A DNA stretch of 64,000 nt from Verrucomicrobiota bacterium (GCA_016871515.1 VHDE01000005.1:21191-85190); one strand, 5' to 3'. Counted from the first letter of the stretch, positions 37,301 through 48,759 are shown. Notes: generated by a model from the sequence alone, not told the origin. A program made the numbers and translations.

Positions 37301-38159
37301 CGTTCGTCTGCTCGATGTTATCAACGAAATATTCGAGCCGCACTTTCGACAGCTCCTCCACGGACGAACAAAGGCAATCGACGCGGACCGGCTCATTCCG
37401 GCGAATCAGCGATTGGCCGGTGGCCGAGCTAGAGGCGTCGAGATTGATCACAACCGGTTTTGGGCGCAAACGATTGACGGCGTTGGATCGTCCGGGACTT
37501 GGCTCTCCCGGCAGAGGCGAGGCCAGCCAATTTGCCGGATCATTTCCCGAAACGACAAAACTCACACGTTCGAGCGATCGACCGCGATATTGATATTCCC
37601 GAGGCTTAAGATTGGTCCAATCTTCGCCCGCGCCAAGCCCGTCCGCGCTAATTGGCCAGGGAAAGCTTGCTGAGTACGTGACGGAATCCACCGTGGTCCG
37701 ATTAGCATCTCGAAGACGGATGATCTCGCCTTTGTTGCTCAACTGATCTTCGTATGGGCCGAAGAATGCGCTTTCAGAAAGTCCATAAGCAGCCACGGCG
37801 GCCAATCGGGTTTTGTCTTTCGCAACGACGACAAATTCTCCGGGACGAATCGAAGCGCGGGACGGAAAGGTGAACTGAATGGCGGTCGTCAATTCCCACC
37901 CGCTGAGATCGACCATATTCGTGGTGGGGTTGTGCAGCTCGACGAATTCATGCACATCCTCGTACAGATTGAGAACGGGTGTGCCGTCTCCCTGGAAGGC
38001 CGGTTCCTCGACGGGATGATACATGATTTCGCTGATCACAATCTGTCCTTGTAGTTGCACGGGCACAAACAGCAGAAGAATCAGAAGAAACCAGAGGTGC
38101 GCCCGGCATGAGTTCGTGCTGGAACAGAGCACGGGGCAATTCACGCTGCAAGACTTCAC
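34377..38159 (-). CDS. CotH-family (atypical kinase fold) protein with three lamin-tail domains and a C-terminal FYR-type module
   Basis: 1260 aa with a GTG start and a signal-like N-terminus. LTDs: VISEIMYHP...FVELHNPTTNMVDLSGWEL; LLLSEIMANN...DWIELYNPSDQPRSLDGFSL; LRINEWAANP...DWFEIYNPDAIPLSLGGLFL. CotH core: YKLQFPRYRLF...WVDLYMNN...NYFIWQQRDGKWSMLPWDFDG. It also has a TSP3-like DTDNDGLPDAWE...DADGDGQSNLQEY segment and ends SRYYRIVTPRQP. Confidence 0.8.
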   Translation of the reverse strand: MKSCSVNCPVLCSSTNSCRAHLWFLLILLLFVPVQLQGQIVISEIMYHPVEEPAFQGDGTPVLNLYEDVHEFVELHNPTTNMVDLSGWELTTAIQFTFPSRASIRPGEFVVVAKDKTRLAAVAAYGLSESAFFGPYEDQLSNKGEIIRLRDANRTTVDSVTYSASFPWPISADGLGAGEDWTNLKPREYQYRGRSLERVSFVVSGNDPANWLASPLPGEPSPGRSNAVNRLRPKPVVINLDASSSATGQSLIRRNEPVRVDCLCSSVEELSKVRLEYFVDNIEQTNETRTVVEMYPLGNFTEGRFVIELPGLPDRSIVRYRIRGDRGDGDEVISPRADDPFSWHAYFVTPTRTSVNPAYDLFISAKSLRTLQTNITQNPRRYTLPDPPGLPRASWNAAEPAVFAHDGVVYDVRMRHHGSQFRRDVNRRSYKLQFPRYRLFNNRPGIFVTDKDYQTQGGHMVFRAVGLPTSSTRWVDLYMNNTARLPRLEQDEYDETMLERYHEEQFRLHPEQPLQLPGELFKAQGVFDNFGGPYGRADGKLLPARTNRNVLVWTPLQRYEWTYGLQNNGWRGHSAFKEMLEGMWKARNGRIQPPTAAEISKLRPYFAEQWDLDKTLTYLAAINWMSPWDDIIHNYFIWQQRDGKWSMLPWDFDGVMNGASHTTSIFTGLLHAGPNGFKESFIAAYRQEFRERAWWLNNTVLHPDHLVAIGLPTQIRSWTRSRLNAVNTQLALGPFERPTRPVNLTPANGGSAGPFDLLRASSYGYSTNPPLAHVSTTWTIRSAKGSYYAPVYQATTTTDLTSLPLPSYLLQLGEAYFWRCTYVADNGHPSIASSETWFTFGQPVRDASDLLLSEIMANNQNSVAHGNRHPDWIELYNPSDQPRSLDGFSLTDDFWEPAKYAFPPGVVIPSRSYLVVWCDDATAAPGLHAGFGLNAQGETICLFASSPSGPVLKDIVTIGLQLADLSVGRGGDGAGDWALNVPTPNGLNQPAQTGAVENLRINEWAANPASGSDWFEIYNPDAIPLSLGGLFLTDNLANPTNSLLAPLSFIAPGGFLKLVADGNTGAGADHVGFRLNANGGSLGLYSSNRTAIDVVMYGLQMTGLSQARIPNGAATVFGGPGTPGRSNWADTDNDGLPDAWELSNGLSPFLNADAAADADGDGQSNLQEYTSGTNPRDTRSKLRIESLEWPRDDNGKVRIAFTALPGKTYTVQYRNTIADGAWLKWMDVPAQNLPRRIELTDPIGDSSQSRYYRIVTPRQP

Positions 38160-38503
38160 GATCTATCGATACGGTAACCACCCAGAAAATCCAAGCATCA
38201 ATGCCGGGAAGATCGGGGAAATGCCGCGACCGCGTTTGTTTGTCAGTGGCATCCCGTTGTCAGCGACGGGCGGACACGGTGACCTCTCCGGTTTTTTGCC
38301 TTACCTCCGCTTCGACAATCAAAGCGGTGTCGTCGATGGCGTGGACGAAATCCGGAAGACGATGAAGGGATTCGATTGATGAAAGAAAAAGGGACTTTCT
38401 TGGCATTTTCCTCGCGGGTATAAAGGCGCCTAAGGGAGCCCGGCGGATAGACTTCACCAAGTGGTTCCACATCTTGAAGCCTGCGCAGCGCAGCCCGGAC
38501 TGC

Positions 38504-41500
38504 CTAACGCGAAGAATCTTTATCTGTTAGTCCCTCGGTCTCCGCATCACCACTCCGTCGGAAGCGAAACTGAGTGCTCGCCACGATTTGGTTGATCAGA
38601 CTGGAGAAGCGGCTGTCCGTTTTCAGGCTCGATGTCATCTGATCGACGAGAGGTTTATCGGAAATCACCTCACCGCGCCCGAGAGCATAGCCCATCAACT
38701 TTACGCAAAGGGTTCGATGAATTGCTGATTCCTGAGTGCGCAAATAGCGATAGAGCCCCTCGAGTCCGGAAATCTCGGCGCCGTCATGCAGCGTCCCGGT
38801 AGTCTCTATTTGCTGACCGTCGCGATATTTGTCGCGCCATCGCCCAATTGGATCGAAGTTCTCGAGAGCAAAACCGAGCGGATCAATGCGCGAATGGCAA
38901 TTCACGCAGGAGGCGTCGCTGCGATGGGCTTCTAGACGCTGGCGCACGGTCCGGCCATCGGCCAATACGTCGTCCGGCGGGATCGACCCGGCATCGCCCG
39001 GCGGCGGTGGAACGGGTGTTCCGATGACTCGCCGCAAGAGCCAATCACCACGTTTGACAGCGCTTGTTCGCAAGGGCGCGGAAGTGACGGCCAGGACTGC
39101 GCCCAACCCCAGCAAACCGCCACGATGAAACTTGTCCACACCTTCAACGCGCGCCAATCCATTCGTGGATATGCCATCCGCATCGATTCGGTAATGCTGC
39201 GCCAGGCCGCGGTTCAAGAAAGTGTAATCGGCAAACAGGATTTCCTGAACGGGCCGATCTTCGCGAACGATGTATTCAAAAAACGAAATCGCTTCGTCAT
39301 AAAGTCCTGCCTTCAATGCGTCGGTGAATTCAGCAAAGCGTCCGGAATCGATCCCGCGGTAATCATCGAAGCGATAGAAACCCATCCATTGGCCGAAGAA
39401 TTCTGTAGCGAACCGGCGCGCTTTCGGGTCGCGCAACATCCGTCGAGCTTGTCGCTCTAGCTCAGCAGGATTTCGCAATTCGCCCGCCGCAGCGGCACGA
39501 CTCAATTCACTGTCGGGCATCGATGACCAGAGAAAGTAGCTCAAGCGGCTGCCTAACTCCCAATCGCATAATGGCGCGCGCGTTGGGCGTACTTCCCGGA
39601 CGTTGTCTGTGCCCGGCGTTTCCACTCGATACAAAAACGCCGGCGCCACCAGAATCCGCACCAGCAGAGTACGAAGGGCTTCAGCGTGCTCGATTTTGGT
39701 TTCGTCTCTGAGATTCGCGTAGAAGGCTCGCAGACCATTTTTCTCGGGTTCGCTCAACGGCCGGCGCCAAGCCGATTGCGCAAGGCGGAGCGCGTCTTCA
39801 ATGTGCGCGCGTTCGGCAGCCTTGATGTCGCGTTGTGCGGAGGCGTACTGCTCGTGAAGCCGCATCACAATGGCCCTCGGTTCCTCGGGCAGGCCCTTGA
39901 TCCAATCTTGCGCGAGGTTCGCCACGTTGCCGCCATCCCCCAAATCCAACCTGCGCTTTTTCACGACGAACCGAAGGAAGTTGTTGTGATAATCGAACGA
40001 CGTCAGCAGATCGGTCCAGGCTTGGTCCAGGCTTGCGCGCGTCGCATCGTCCAAGATGTGCTCGGTGAGAAATCGATCGTCGCGATGGTACTTGATAACG
40101 TAGTGAAATTCGTTTCGTTCCGGGTTGTTATAACTATTATCATACGGGGCCGGAATGGGATCGCGGTCGGCTGGAGCGGGCTCGCGATGCGAAACCTGCG
40201 GAAGCTTTCTGGCGAACTCGGCCACACCCGCCTTCCATGAAGCAGTCTCGGCACTTTGGGGATTCGCCAGCAGAGCTGAAACCGTGCCCGATGCCGCAGC
40301 TGTCACACCTTCTCCCACTTCGGATGAAATCACGCACCGCACGAGACAATCATCACCGTATTCAACAGCAAGTTCTGCCTCGACGGTTAGATCCCCTTGG
40401 GTCGCGCCCGCGGGCACGGGCAACGCAATTCGAATTTGGGCCGAGCCCGCGGTGATGAAATCGTTTGTCTCGATCAAGGCGCCGTTGAGACCCTGGCCAA
40501 ACTTGGGCATTTCCGCAGCCATCGGTGAAATGACTTCCTTGAGCGGCCTTCCGGGCTGATTGCGTCTAAATCCAAATCCCTGGCGAAAGCGGACGCGTGG
40601 CTGCCGCCAAATGACGATCGGACCTTTCGTGCTCGCGCCGCTGGCCGCCTTAATGGATAGTTCAATCGCTGTGTTCGTTGCTCCCTTTGGCCAGCTCAGC
40701 ATCGCTCGAAACGAGTTTTTCAGCGACGGTCGAAAGGAATCTTCGCTCAACACCGGAGCTTCTTCATCGTTGCCTGAGTTCGACGCCAGTGTGCTCTGCC
40801 AATCGCGGAGAAACTTGTAGAGCTCGTTGCAACGAACCCGAGCTTGCTCAGACCATTTGGGTTGATTCGCCACAGGCACAGGCAGGTTGCGCCAGGCAGA
40901 CGCAATCTCCGAAGCCGGGAACGAAAGAGCGGGATCGTTAAGCACGCTCCAGATGTGCTCCAGGGCGCGAACGCTGAGGCCTTCCTCTTTGGCAAGCTCC
41001 GCCAAAGTCACTTCCGCCAAACCAAGTTCTCGCCGATGCCGAAAGCGCCATGTGGCATAGAACGCTTTGGGATAGAAATCCAAACCAAACGCCACGGCTC
41101 CTTCGCCAGCTCCAGTGCGAAATCCATGCTGCCGATAAATCTCCTTAATACGATTGATGGCGAAAAGCTCCTGCCCCGTTTTACCTGGATCACGATAAAA
41201 CTGTAACGGCCCTGCCCCAATGACGGCATGCGCGGCCACCGTCTTCGCAGCCTCCAGATATCGTTCCAGCGCTGATTCCTGAATGAATTGAACGTCGCCC
41301 ACATTTGAGAAACCTTCGCCTCCGACCGCGTCGCTCATCAGCGCATGTTCAAGTCCGAGATCGAGTCCGGTCAGGTCGCGGATCGTGTAAGCATATTCGG
41401 CGCTGGTCAACCGCCGGAGCGCGATTCGCCCGGGATCGCCGGCTTGTTCCTGGATGAATTTGTCGAGCGCATTGCGGACGGTTGTGATCAGTTGCTTCCG

Positions 41501-41818
41501 CTCGCTGTCACTTGGCTGCGGTTTTTCATCCGGAGGCATCTCGTTTTGTTCCAGCATTGAGATGACCTTTTCCCAAGTCTTAAATTGGGCGGTAAGCTTC
41601 GGATCGGAAGCCATGCGCTCGAGGTTGATTTGCGCCTTCGTCTTTTTGTCGCCATGACACTCGAAACAAAACTGTTTGAGCATTGGCGCAGCGAGTTGCA
41701 CGAATTCTCGTTCTGCTGACGACAAGCCGGGAGACAACGCACCATCGACGGCCAGTCTAACGAGCGCGAGCGACACCGCGACACGGACGAGAAGTTTGGG
41801 AAACCATTGATTCATCAT
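38504..41818 (-). CDS. PSCyt/DUF1587-DUF1592-DUF1595-DUF1588-DUF1585 multidomain protein
   Basis: 1104 aa. The N-terminal heme motif is CFECHGDKKTKAQINLE and the C-terminal motif is CVNCHSRIDPLGFALENFDPIGRWR, typical of this PVC family. Confidence 0.85.
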   Translation of the reverse strand: MMNQWFPKLLVRVAVSLALVRLAVDGALSPGLSSAEREFVQLAAPMLKQFCFECHGDKKTKAQINLERMASDPKLTAQFKTWEKVISMLEQNEMPPDEKPQPSDSERKQLITTVRNALDKFIQEQAGDPGRIALRRLTSAEYAYTIRDLTGLDLGLEHALMSDAVGGEGFSNVGDVQFIQESALERYLEAAKTVAAHAVIGAGPLQFYRDPGKTGQELFAINRIKEIYRQHGFRTGAGEGAVAFGLDFYPKAFYATWRFRHRRELGLAEVTLAELAKEEGLSVRALEHIWSVLNDPALSFPASEIASAWRNLPVPVANQPKWSEQARVRCNELYKFLRDWQSTLASNSGNDEEAPVLSEDSFRPSLKNSFRAMLSWPKGATNTAIELSIKAASGASTKGPIVIWRQPRVRFRQGFGFRRNQPGRPLKEVISPMAAEMPKFGQGLNGALIETNDFITAGSAQIRIALPVPAGATQGDLTVEAELAVEYGDDCLVRCVISSEVGEGVTAAASGTVSALLANPQSAETASWKAGVAEFARKLPQVSHREPAPADRDPIPAPYDNSYNNPERNEFHYVIKYHRDDRFLTEHILDDATRASLDQAWTDLLTSFDYHNNFLRFVVKKRRLDLGDGGNVANLAQDWIKGLPEEPRAIVMRLHEQYASAQRDIKAAERAHIEDALRLAQSAWRRPLSEPEKNGLRAFYANLRDETKIEHAEALRTLLVRILVAPAFLYRVETPGTDNVREVRPTRAPLCDWELGSRLSYFLWSSMPDSELSRAAAAGELRNPAELERQARRMLRDPKARRFATEFFGQWMGFYRFDDYRGIDSGRFAEFTDALKAGLYDEAISFFEYIVREDRPVQEILFADYTFLNRGLAQHYRIDADGISTNGLARVEGVDKFHRGGLLGLGAVLAVTSAPLRTSAVKRGDWLLRRVIGTPVPPPPGDAGSIPPDDVLADGRTVRQRLEAHRSDASCVNCHSRIDPLGFALENFDPIGRWRDKYRDGQQIETTGTLHDGAEISGLEGLYRYLRTQESAIHRTLCVKLMGYALGRGEVISDKPLVDQMTSSLKTDSRFSSLINQIVASTQFRFRRSGDAETEGLTDKDSSR

Positions 41819-41923
41819 TAGTCGGTTTAACGAACAAAGAATAGCGCGACAGCGGATTGCCCGCCAATCATTTCACCCGGTCCCGGGGCTGCGGATGGCG
41901 GCCTTTCGAGGCCGCGGCCTCGC

Positions 41924-43908
<1,985 letters not shown>

Positions 43909-43913
43909 TCGTA

Positions 43914-44219
43914 TCACCGCGAGCGCGACGCCGTGCGCAGAAGCCGAGGGTCGCGCTGGCAATCGAACACCAGGATTATGGTCGCTGTCTCACCGTCCAC
44001 GCGATACCATACTGCATACGGAAATCTGTGGATCAGCACCTTTCGGAAAATGCGGAATACAACGCGGGGAGTTTCGGCGGATTGGGAAATGAACTCCAGA
44101 GTCGAGAAGTAGGCCGATTCGAATCGACTGCCCAACCCGCTCATCCGACTCTCATACCAATCGCGCGCAGGTCGCACGCCAACAGCCACCGCGTGATGGA
44201 ATCGCAGGATGTAGCTCAA
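43914..44219 (-). CDS. RelE/ParE-family toxin
   Basis: 101 aa with a TTG start overlapping the antitoxin stop by 4 nt. The segment RFPYAVWYRVDGETATIILVFDCQRDP is ParE-like. Confidence 0.75.
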   Translation of the reverse strand: MSYILRFHHAVAVGVRPARDWYESRMSGLGSRFESAYFSTLEFISQSAETPRVVFRIFRKVLIHRFPYAVWYRVDGETATIILVFDCQRDPRLLRTASRSR

Positions 44220-44431
44220 CGCGCTTGTCTCAAACGGCGTTTAAACTCCTCTAGCGACACGGTTGCTGCCGGATCGTTCTCGATCTCACGATTGCGCTGT
44301 TCTAACAGCCGCTTCTCCTCCTCGCTCGGCTCCAGGGCCGCGACGCCTTTCGCAAGAGATTCCCAAATGTCATCAAGCAACGCCATTTTGTCGCCCGGAG
44401 ATAGCTCGTCGATTTCTGCTCGGCTTATCAT
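44216..44431 (-). CDS. Addiction-module antitoxin (TIGR02574-like component)
   Basis: 71 aa. LSPGDKMALLDDIWESL...EEEKRLLEQRNREIENDPAATVSLEEFKRRL matches the putative addiction module component pattern. Confidence 0.75.
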   Translation of the reverse strand: MISRAEIDELSPGDKMALLDDIWESLAKGVAALEPSEEEKRLLEQRNREIENDPAATVSLEEFKRRLRQAR

Positions 44432-44623
44432 GCAAAGGGACTCTCGGGTTTTGATCGGAGATTTTCAATGCTGAACCTGGCTGTTGGCATTTGTGCTTCG
44501 TCGTAAACTTTGTCGAGGACTTCATCGAATCGCCAATTCCCGACAAAGCTTGCGATTAAGTTTACGACGAAGGCTCGGCAACTGTGCTGCTGGGACAAGG
44601 CCTAGTTTGACCTGTGCTTCTAT

Positions 44624-45913
44624 TCAATGCTTGGGCTCCTTAGCATCAACCAGCCGTTGCAGCGCGCGTTTGGCCGCAGCTGCAGCGAGGTCCAGAATAA
44701 CGTTTGACGCACGGGGGCCAATGGCAACAATTGTTTGAGCCGCTGTTCGGCGCACGGTCTGATCGTCGTCACGCAGCGCAACCATAAGTTCCGGCAGCGC
44801 AATCTCAGCATCCGCCCCCAAATAGCCTAAGACTCCAGCCGCAATGGTCTTCAAGGCAGTGTCGCCTTCGCGCAATGCTTGTCGCATGACCGGCAGCGTT
44901 TCGCTCGGGACCAGATTCATTTCCCCTCCATCGATCGCTAAATACGTCCCAGCACGAATTCGCGTTTCTCCCACCTCGCTCGAAAAGATTTGCAGCAATT
45001 CTGGCCCGGGACATTTCCGCGTTGAGTCGATCTTCCAACAGGCGTAAAGCGCCTCGATGCGGACGAGAATCTTCTCACTACGCAGCAAGACTGCGAGAGC
45101 CGGAAGGGCGCTTCGAGCGGCCGGGCCATACTGGGCCATCATCCGACAAAACCGTTCCGCCAAATAAGAGTGCTTCGTCAGGTCGGTCCCGGGAGCCAGC
45201 CAAAAATTCGAAAGGGCGGAAATCGTTGCTTCGTCCGCCTCTCTCACCTTGCCGAGCTGGTATAAGCTTATCAGAATTCCGTGCGACGCACTTCGCACCC
45301 CCGGATCTTTATTCAAGAGGCTGTTCAGCAGGGCTTGTTTTGCGGCGATAGCTTCCGGACCCAAACCCGTGAGTATGTTCAATGCAAGCAGCCGCTCACG
45401 CCGGTTTCCGCAGGCCAACACCTCAGCCAGTCGCGGCGCAACGGCCTTCGGATGAGCTCGACAAAGTTGAAATAGTAGCGCCTGGGCTTCAGTCCGGTTG
45501 AAGCTCGCTGGAACAGGAACTGGAAGCGCCCTCTCGACCCTGGCAGGCAAACGACTTTGAATTTGCCAATAACCCCGTTTCAGCAACGAATCCTCCTTTC
45601 CAATAACTAGCATCAGCCATGGCGCAGCTTCTGGACCGATGATGGAACTGAGATTAGATCGAGTGTTGAGCGCCACGGGCGGCAGCGGAGTTGGTGTTCG
45701 GATCGCGCCCGGGCGGACGATAATGGTCCCGCCGGGCGGCGCTTTCCGTGTCGTCCAATCAGGGAAATGTTTCAGAATGGGTTTGCCGGCGTATACGGGC
45801 TGAGTCTCTCGCTTGAACAGCCAACCCATCACGCCAACTAAACAGAGGATTGCCACGATCACACCGAGTCGCGAACGCCTAGGAAACAACCAGCTCCTGA
45901 TACGTTCAGTCAT
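44624..45913 (-). CDS. Membrane-anchored HEAT-repeat protein
   Basis: From the ATG at 45913 there is a TM helix (LGVIVAILCLVGVMGWLF) and HEAT/PBS-lyase-like repeats (e.g. LMVALRDDDQTVRRTAAQTIVAIGPRA; LLNKDPGVRSASHGIL). Confidence 0.6.
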   Translation of the reverse strand: MTERIRSWLFPRRSRLGVIVAILCLVGVMGWLFKRETQPVYAGKPILKHFPDWTTRKAPPGGTIIVRPGAIRTPTPLPPVALNTRSNLSSIIGPEAAPWLMLVIGKEDSLLKRGYWQIQSRLPARVERALPVPVPASFNRTEAQALLFQLCRAHPKAVAPRLAEVLACGNRRERLLALNILTGLGPEAIAAKQALLNSLLNKDPGVRSASHGILISLYQLGKVREADEATISALSNFWLAPGTDLTKHSYLAERFCRMMAQYGPAARSALPALAVLLRSEKILVRIEALYACWKIDSTRKCPGPELLQIFSSEVGETRIRAGTYLAIDGGEMNLVPSETLPVMRQALREGDTALKTIAAGVLGYLGADAEIALPELMVALRDDDQTVRRTAAQTIVAIGPRASNVILDLAAAAAKRALQRLVDAKEPKH

Positions 45914-46111
45914 GTTATGCGCGACTTGTGCTATGCATTTGCATCCAGCCAATGGGCGGCGATGCCAGTACATAGCACTGGACTGCGCCGCAGTCGAGAA
46001 GCTCTAGCGGGCCGCCGCTCGCCGCGGGACAAAAATGTCCCGTGACTCGCAGCTGGAAAGATTGCGCCGCTCGACGCGCCAATATCTTGATGATTATATC
46101 AGCGAAGCATT

Positions 46112-46621
46112 ATGAAGGAATCCGCCGACATCAGAATTGAGACCGCCACAGAGTCCGATGTGCCATTGATTGTTTCGTTGATCAAGGAGCTTGCGGCCTA
46201 CGAACGTTTGTCTGACGAAGTCGTGATGACCGAGGAACTGCTTCGAACATCCTTGTTTGGCAAGTGTCCAAGCGCCGAAGTCATTATTGGGCACTACAAA
46301 GAGACGCCGGTTGGCTTTGCCGTCTTCTTTCACAACTTCTCGACCTTCCTCGGTCGCCGAGGTCTCTATTTGGAAGATCTGTTTGTCCGTCAGGAAGCGC
46401 GTGGAAAAGGTGTGGGCCGCGCGCTCCTGCTGTATCTCGCCCGCTTGGCCAAGGAGCGGCAATGCGGCCGATTTGAGTGGGCCGTGCTCGACTGGAATGA
46501 ACCAGCCACCAACTTTTACAAAAGTCTTGGCGCAACTCCGATGAACGAATGGACGATCTTTCGCTTGACGGGTGACGCGCTAGACCGATTAGCAGCCCGC
46601 GAGACGATTAGTCCTTCCTAA
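46112..46621 (+). CDS. GNAT-family N-acetyltransferase (diamine acetyltransferase-like)
   Basis: 169 aa. GLYLEDLFVRQEARGKGVGRALLLYLARLA is the acetyl-CoA motif A. FEWAVLDWNEPATNFYKSLGA follows it. Confidence 0.85.
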   Translation: MKESADIRIETATESDVPLIVSLIKELAAYERLSDEVVMTEELLRTSLFGKCPSAEVIIGHYKETPVGFAVFFHNFSTFLGRRGLYLEDLFVRQEARGKGVGRALLLYLARLAKERQCGRFEWAVLDWNEPATNFYKSLGATPMNEWTIFRLTGDALDRLAARETISPS

Positions 46622-46622
46622 A

Positions 46623-47100
46623 AGAAGTGACCCCATCGGGCTTGCTTTTGTATCCGCGTGCATCGGCGTCATCTGCGGTTCAACTGCTCTTCGCTGCCTC
46701 CTGTTCCAATCACTGAAGGAGGGTGGTCGCGGTTCCACCGACGGACTTCGACGCGCGGAGTTGCGTAACGTTCTGATCGTTTGCGAAGTGGCACTTTCAC
46801 CGGTCCTGTTGACCGGCTCCCGCCTCCTGATCAATAGCTTCATTCGGTTGCACAATGTCGATACAGGTTACCGAGCCGAACACGTTCTCACTGTCCCCCT
46901 CTCGTTGACACACCCAAAGTACACCAACAGCAACGTCGCTCCATTCATCGATCAACTTCTCGACTGGCTCGCCGCATTGCCAGGAATTCAACACGCGGCT
47001 CTCACGTCATGGGCGCCCATCGCGGGAGGCTCGGATCGGTTTGAAGCCGCCTTTCAGATTGAGGGCAGCTTAGCTAAGAGCCTGTCCCAAGACGCAGTTG
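46623..47100 (+). pseudogene. Internal fragment of a MacB/ADOP-type permease (TM plus start of periplasmic domain)
   Basis: My translation of the frame preceding ORF 46761 gives ...DPIGLAFVSACIGVICGSTAL...LKEGGRGSTDGLRRAELRNVLIVCEVALSPVLLTGSRLLINSFIRLHNVDTGYRAEHVLTVPLSL...FQIEG. It has no start, and it dissolves into a repeat (tttcggatttcgaatttcggattt) by about 47150. Confidence 0.55.
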
Positions 47101-47244
47101 CTTCCGGTTGCCGGACGCGCCTGTATGGATTAGGGTCGCGGATTTACCCGCCTGCTGGTTTGTTTCGGATTTCGAATTTCGGATTTGGGGCTGCGGCTTC
47201 GCCGCTCTGTGATCTTTGCCCTTTAATGAGGCGCCCGCTTTAAA

Positions 47245-48756
47245 CTAATTGGCCGGAGCCCACATGGCTTTTAAGAGCCGCGACGTTTCCTCGACCAGCG
47301 CACGTCCACCTTCCGGGCCAACCACTCCGTCGTCGATTCGTCCGCTGTATCCGCCTCCTTGAACGGCTCGTTCCGTAGGAAGATAAGCGGGACAATCGGC
47401 GGTGAGTTGCACGACGGACGTTTGAGTTGCAGGGCTTCTCGCTTTTATCCGCAGGCCGTAGTCTGTGTAGAGTTCGAATGGATTCGTCGCGAGGGCCAAA
47501 TCATCCAGGCGCAAGGCGTGTATCTCGGCGTGATAAAATGGATCGGTCTTTTGCAATTCGTATCGCCCGATCATGGTTCGATTGACCCGCCAATTGATGT
47601 AGTCGGGACTCGGCAATAGTTCGGTTTTTCCTTTGCCTGCGTTGAAAATCGCGGATGACTCTGCGAAACGCTGTTCGGAGACTCTCCAAACAGGCAGTTG
47701 AAAATGTTCCACTCGATGATCGAACCAAATCTCGGAACGCCTGGACTCGCGTGCCACGCCGGCGGCATCATCCACAGCCTGGACGATGCGTCTGGCGATT
47801 TCTTGGCGATACTTGACGTTTCTCCGTTTGAGCATGCTCGCGGTGGACGATTTGCCCACTTGAACGTGCGGCGATTGATCACCGCTGGCTCCCGTCAACG
47901 GCAACACAAAGAGACCTGGAGAATACCGTTCTCTCAGCAACTTTCGCGTGTCATACCAGAAGTCGGCGGACAGGTACAATTCACCCTCGACGGCCTGCGA
48001 TGGGCAGTAGAGCGTTATCGCCATTCCAGTGATCTGCCCGTCCCGCCAGAAAAAGAGCGCATCGACCGAATCATCTGATGCGCCTTCAAGATGCGAGAAG
48101 TTAGGATCTTTGGTGTCACCGTACATGCGCGTTGTGCCGTCGAAATAGACGGCTCGCCTGTTGCGGGCAACGGAGGCATGGCCAAGAGCCGAACTAAACT
48201 CTCCAGGTTGCCGTGACTTCCACGCGCGCGCAACGACCGCGGCGATTTGTCGTTCCAGGAAAGCCAGATATTCCCGGGGTCGCATGACGTTCTGTTGCGC
48301 GGCTGGAATGCGATAGGCCCAACTGCCCGCGAAGTCGTAAGGATGCAGATCGGTTTCGTCGGCGTCAGTGATTGCCGGCGCCGTATGCGTATGGGTCGCC
48401 GAAATCACGATCTTCATTTGGTCAAGGTCAGGAAGAGATCCGGCGATGAGTTTGCGGACGTTCTCGACAGTCTTCCTGCGAATGCCGACGAGATCACAGG
48501 AAACCCACACGGCCTGATTGATCGAGCCTTGCTGATCGCGCGTCTCGATGGCCAAAGCGGTTACCGTGATCGGATCATGGGCTTCGTTGCTGATTCGTGT
48601 GTGGTACTGGCCGGCCAGAGCAACGGGTTTGTCGGGGACGATGCTCTCGGTGGCCCAGCCGAAGGACAAGCGCCCCGCCCTGCCGGGGGAGTCGGCCGCG
48701 AGACCGCGATTCGAAACGGTGAGAACAAAAAACAGCGAGAGAACGGTTGAGCGCAT
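47245..48756 (-). CDS. Neutral/alkaline ceramidase-like N-terminal domain hydrolase
   Basis: 503 aa with a signal peptide. FGWATESIVPDKPVALAGQYHTRISNEAHDPITVTALAIE...VISATHTHTAP matches the ceramidase_alk-type pattern. Confidence 0.6.
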   Translation of the reverse strand: MRSTVLSLFFVLTVSNRGLAADSPGRAGRLSFGWATESIVPDKPVALAGQYHTRISNEAHDPITVTALAIETRDQQGSINQAVWVSCDLVGIRRKTVENVRKLIAGSLPDLDQMKIVISATHTHTAPAITDADETDLHPYDFAGSWAYRIPAAQQNVMRPREYLAFLERQIAAVVARAWKSRQPGEFSSALGHASVARNRRAVYFDGTTRMYGDTKDPNFSHLEGASDDSVDALFFWRDGQITGMAITLYCPSQAVEGELYLSADFWYDTRKLLRERYSPGLFVLPLTGASGDQSPHVQVGKSSTASMLKRRNVKYRQEIARRIVQAVDDAAGVARESRRSEIWFDHRVEHFQLPVWRVSEQRFAESSAIFNAGKGKTELLPSPDYINWRVNRTMIGRYELQKTDPFYHAEIHALRLDDLALATNPFELYTDYGLRIKARSPATQTSVVQLTADCPAYLPTERAVQGGGYSGRIDDGVVGPEGGRALVEETSRLLKAMWAPAN

Positions 48757-48759
48757 ACA

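Noticed and set aside
38160-38503. Small ORFs between the CotH-LTD and DUF1592-family genes (38243-38470, 38260-38472, 38023-38379)
   Set aside because: They overlap one another in different frames, show no recognisable motifs and have no start context. I treat the region as the 5' untranslated/promoter region of the CotH-LTD gene.
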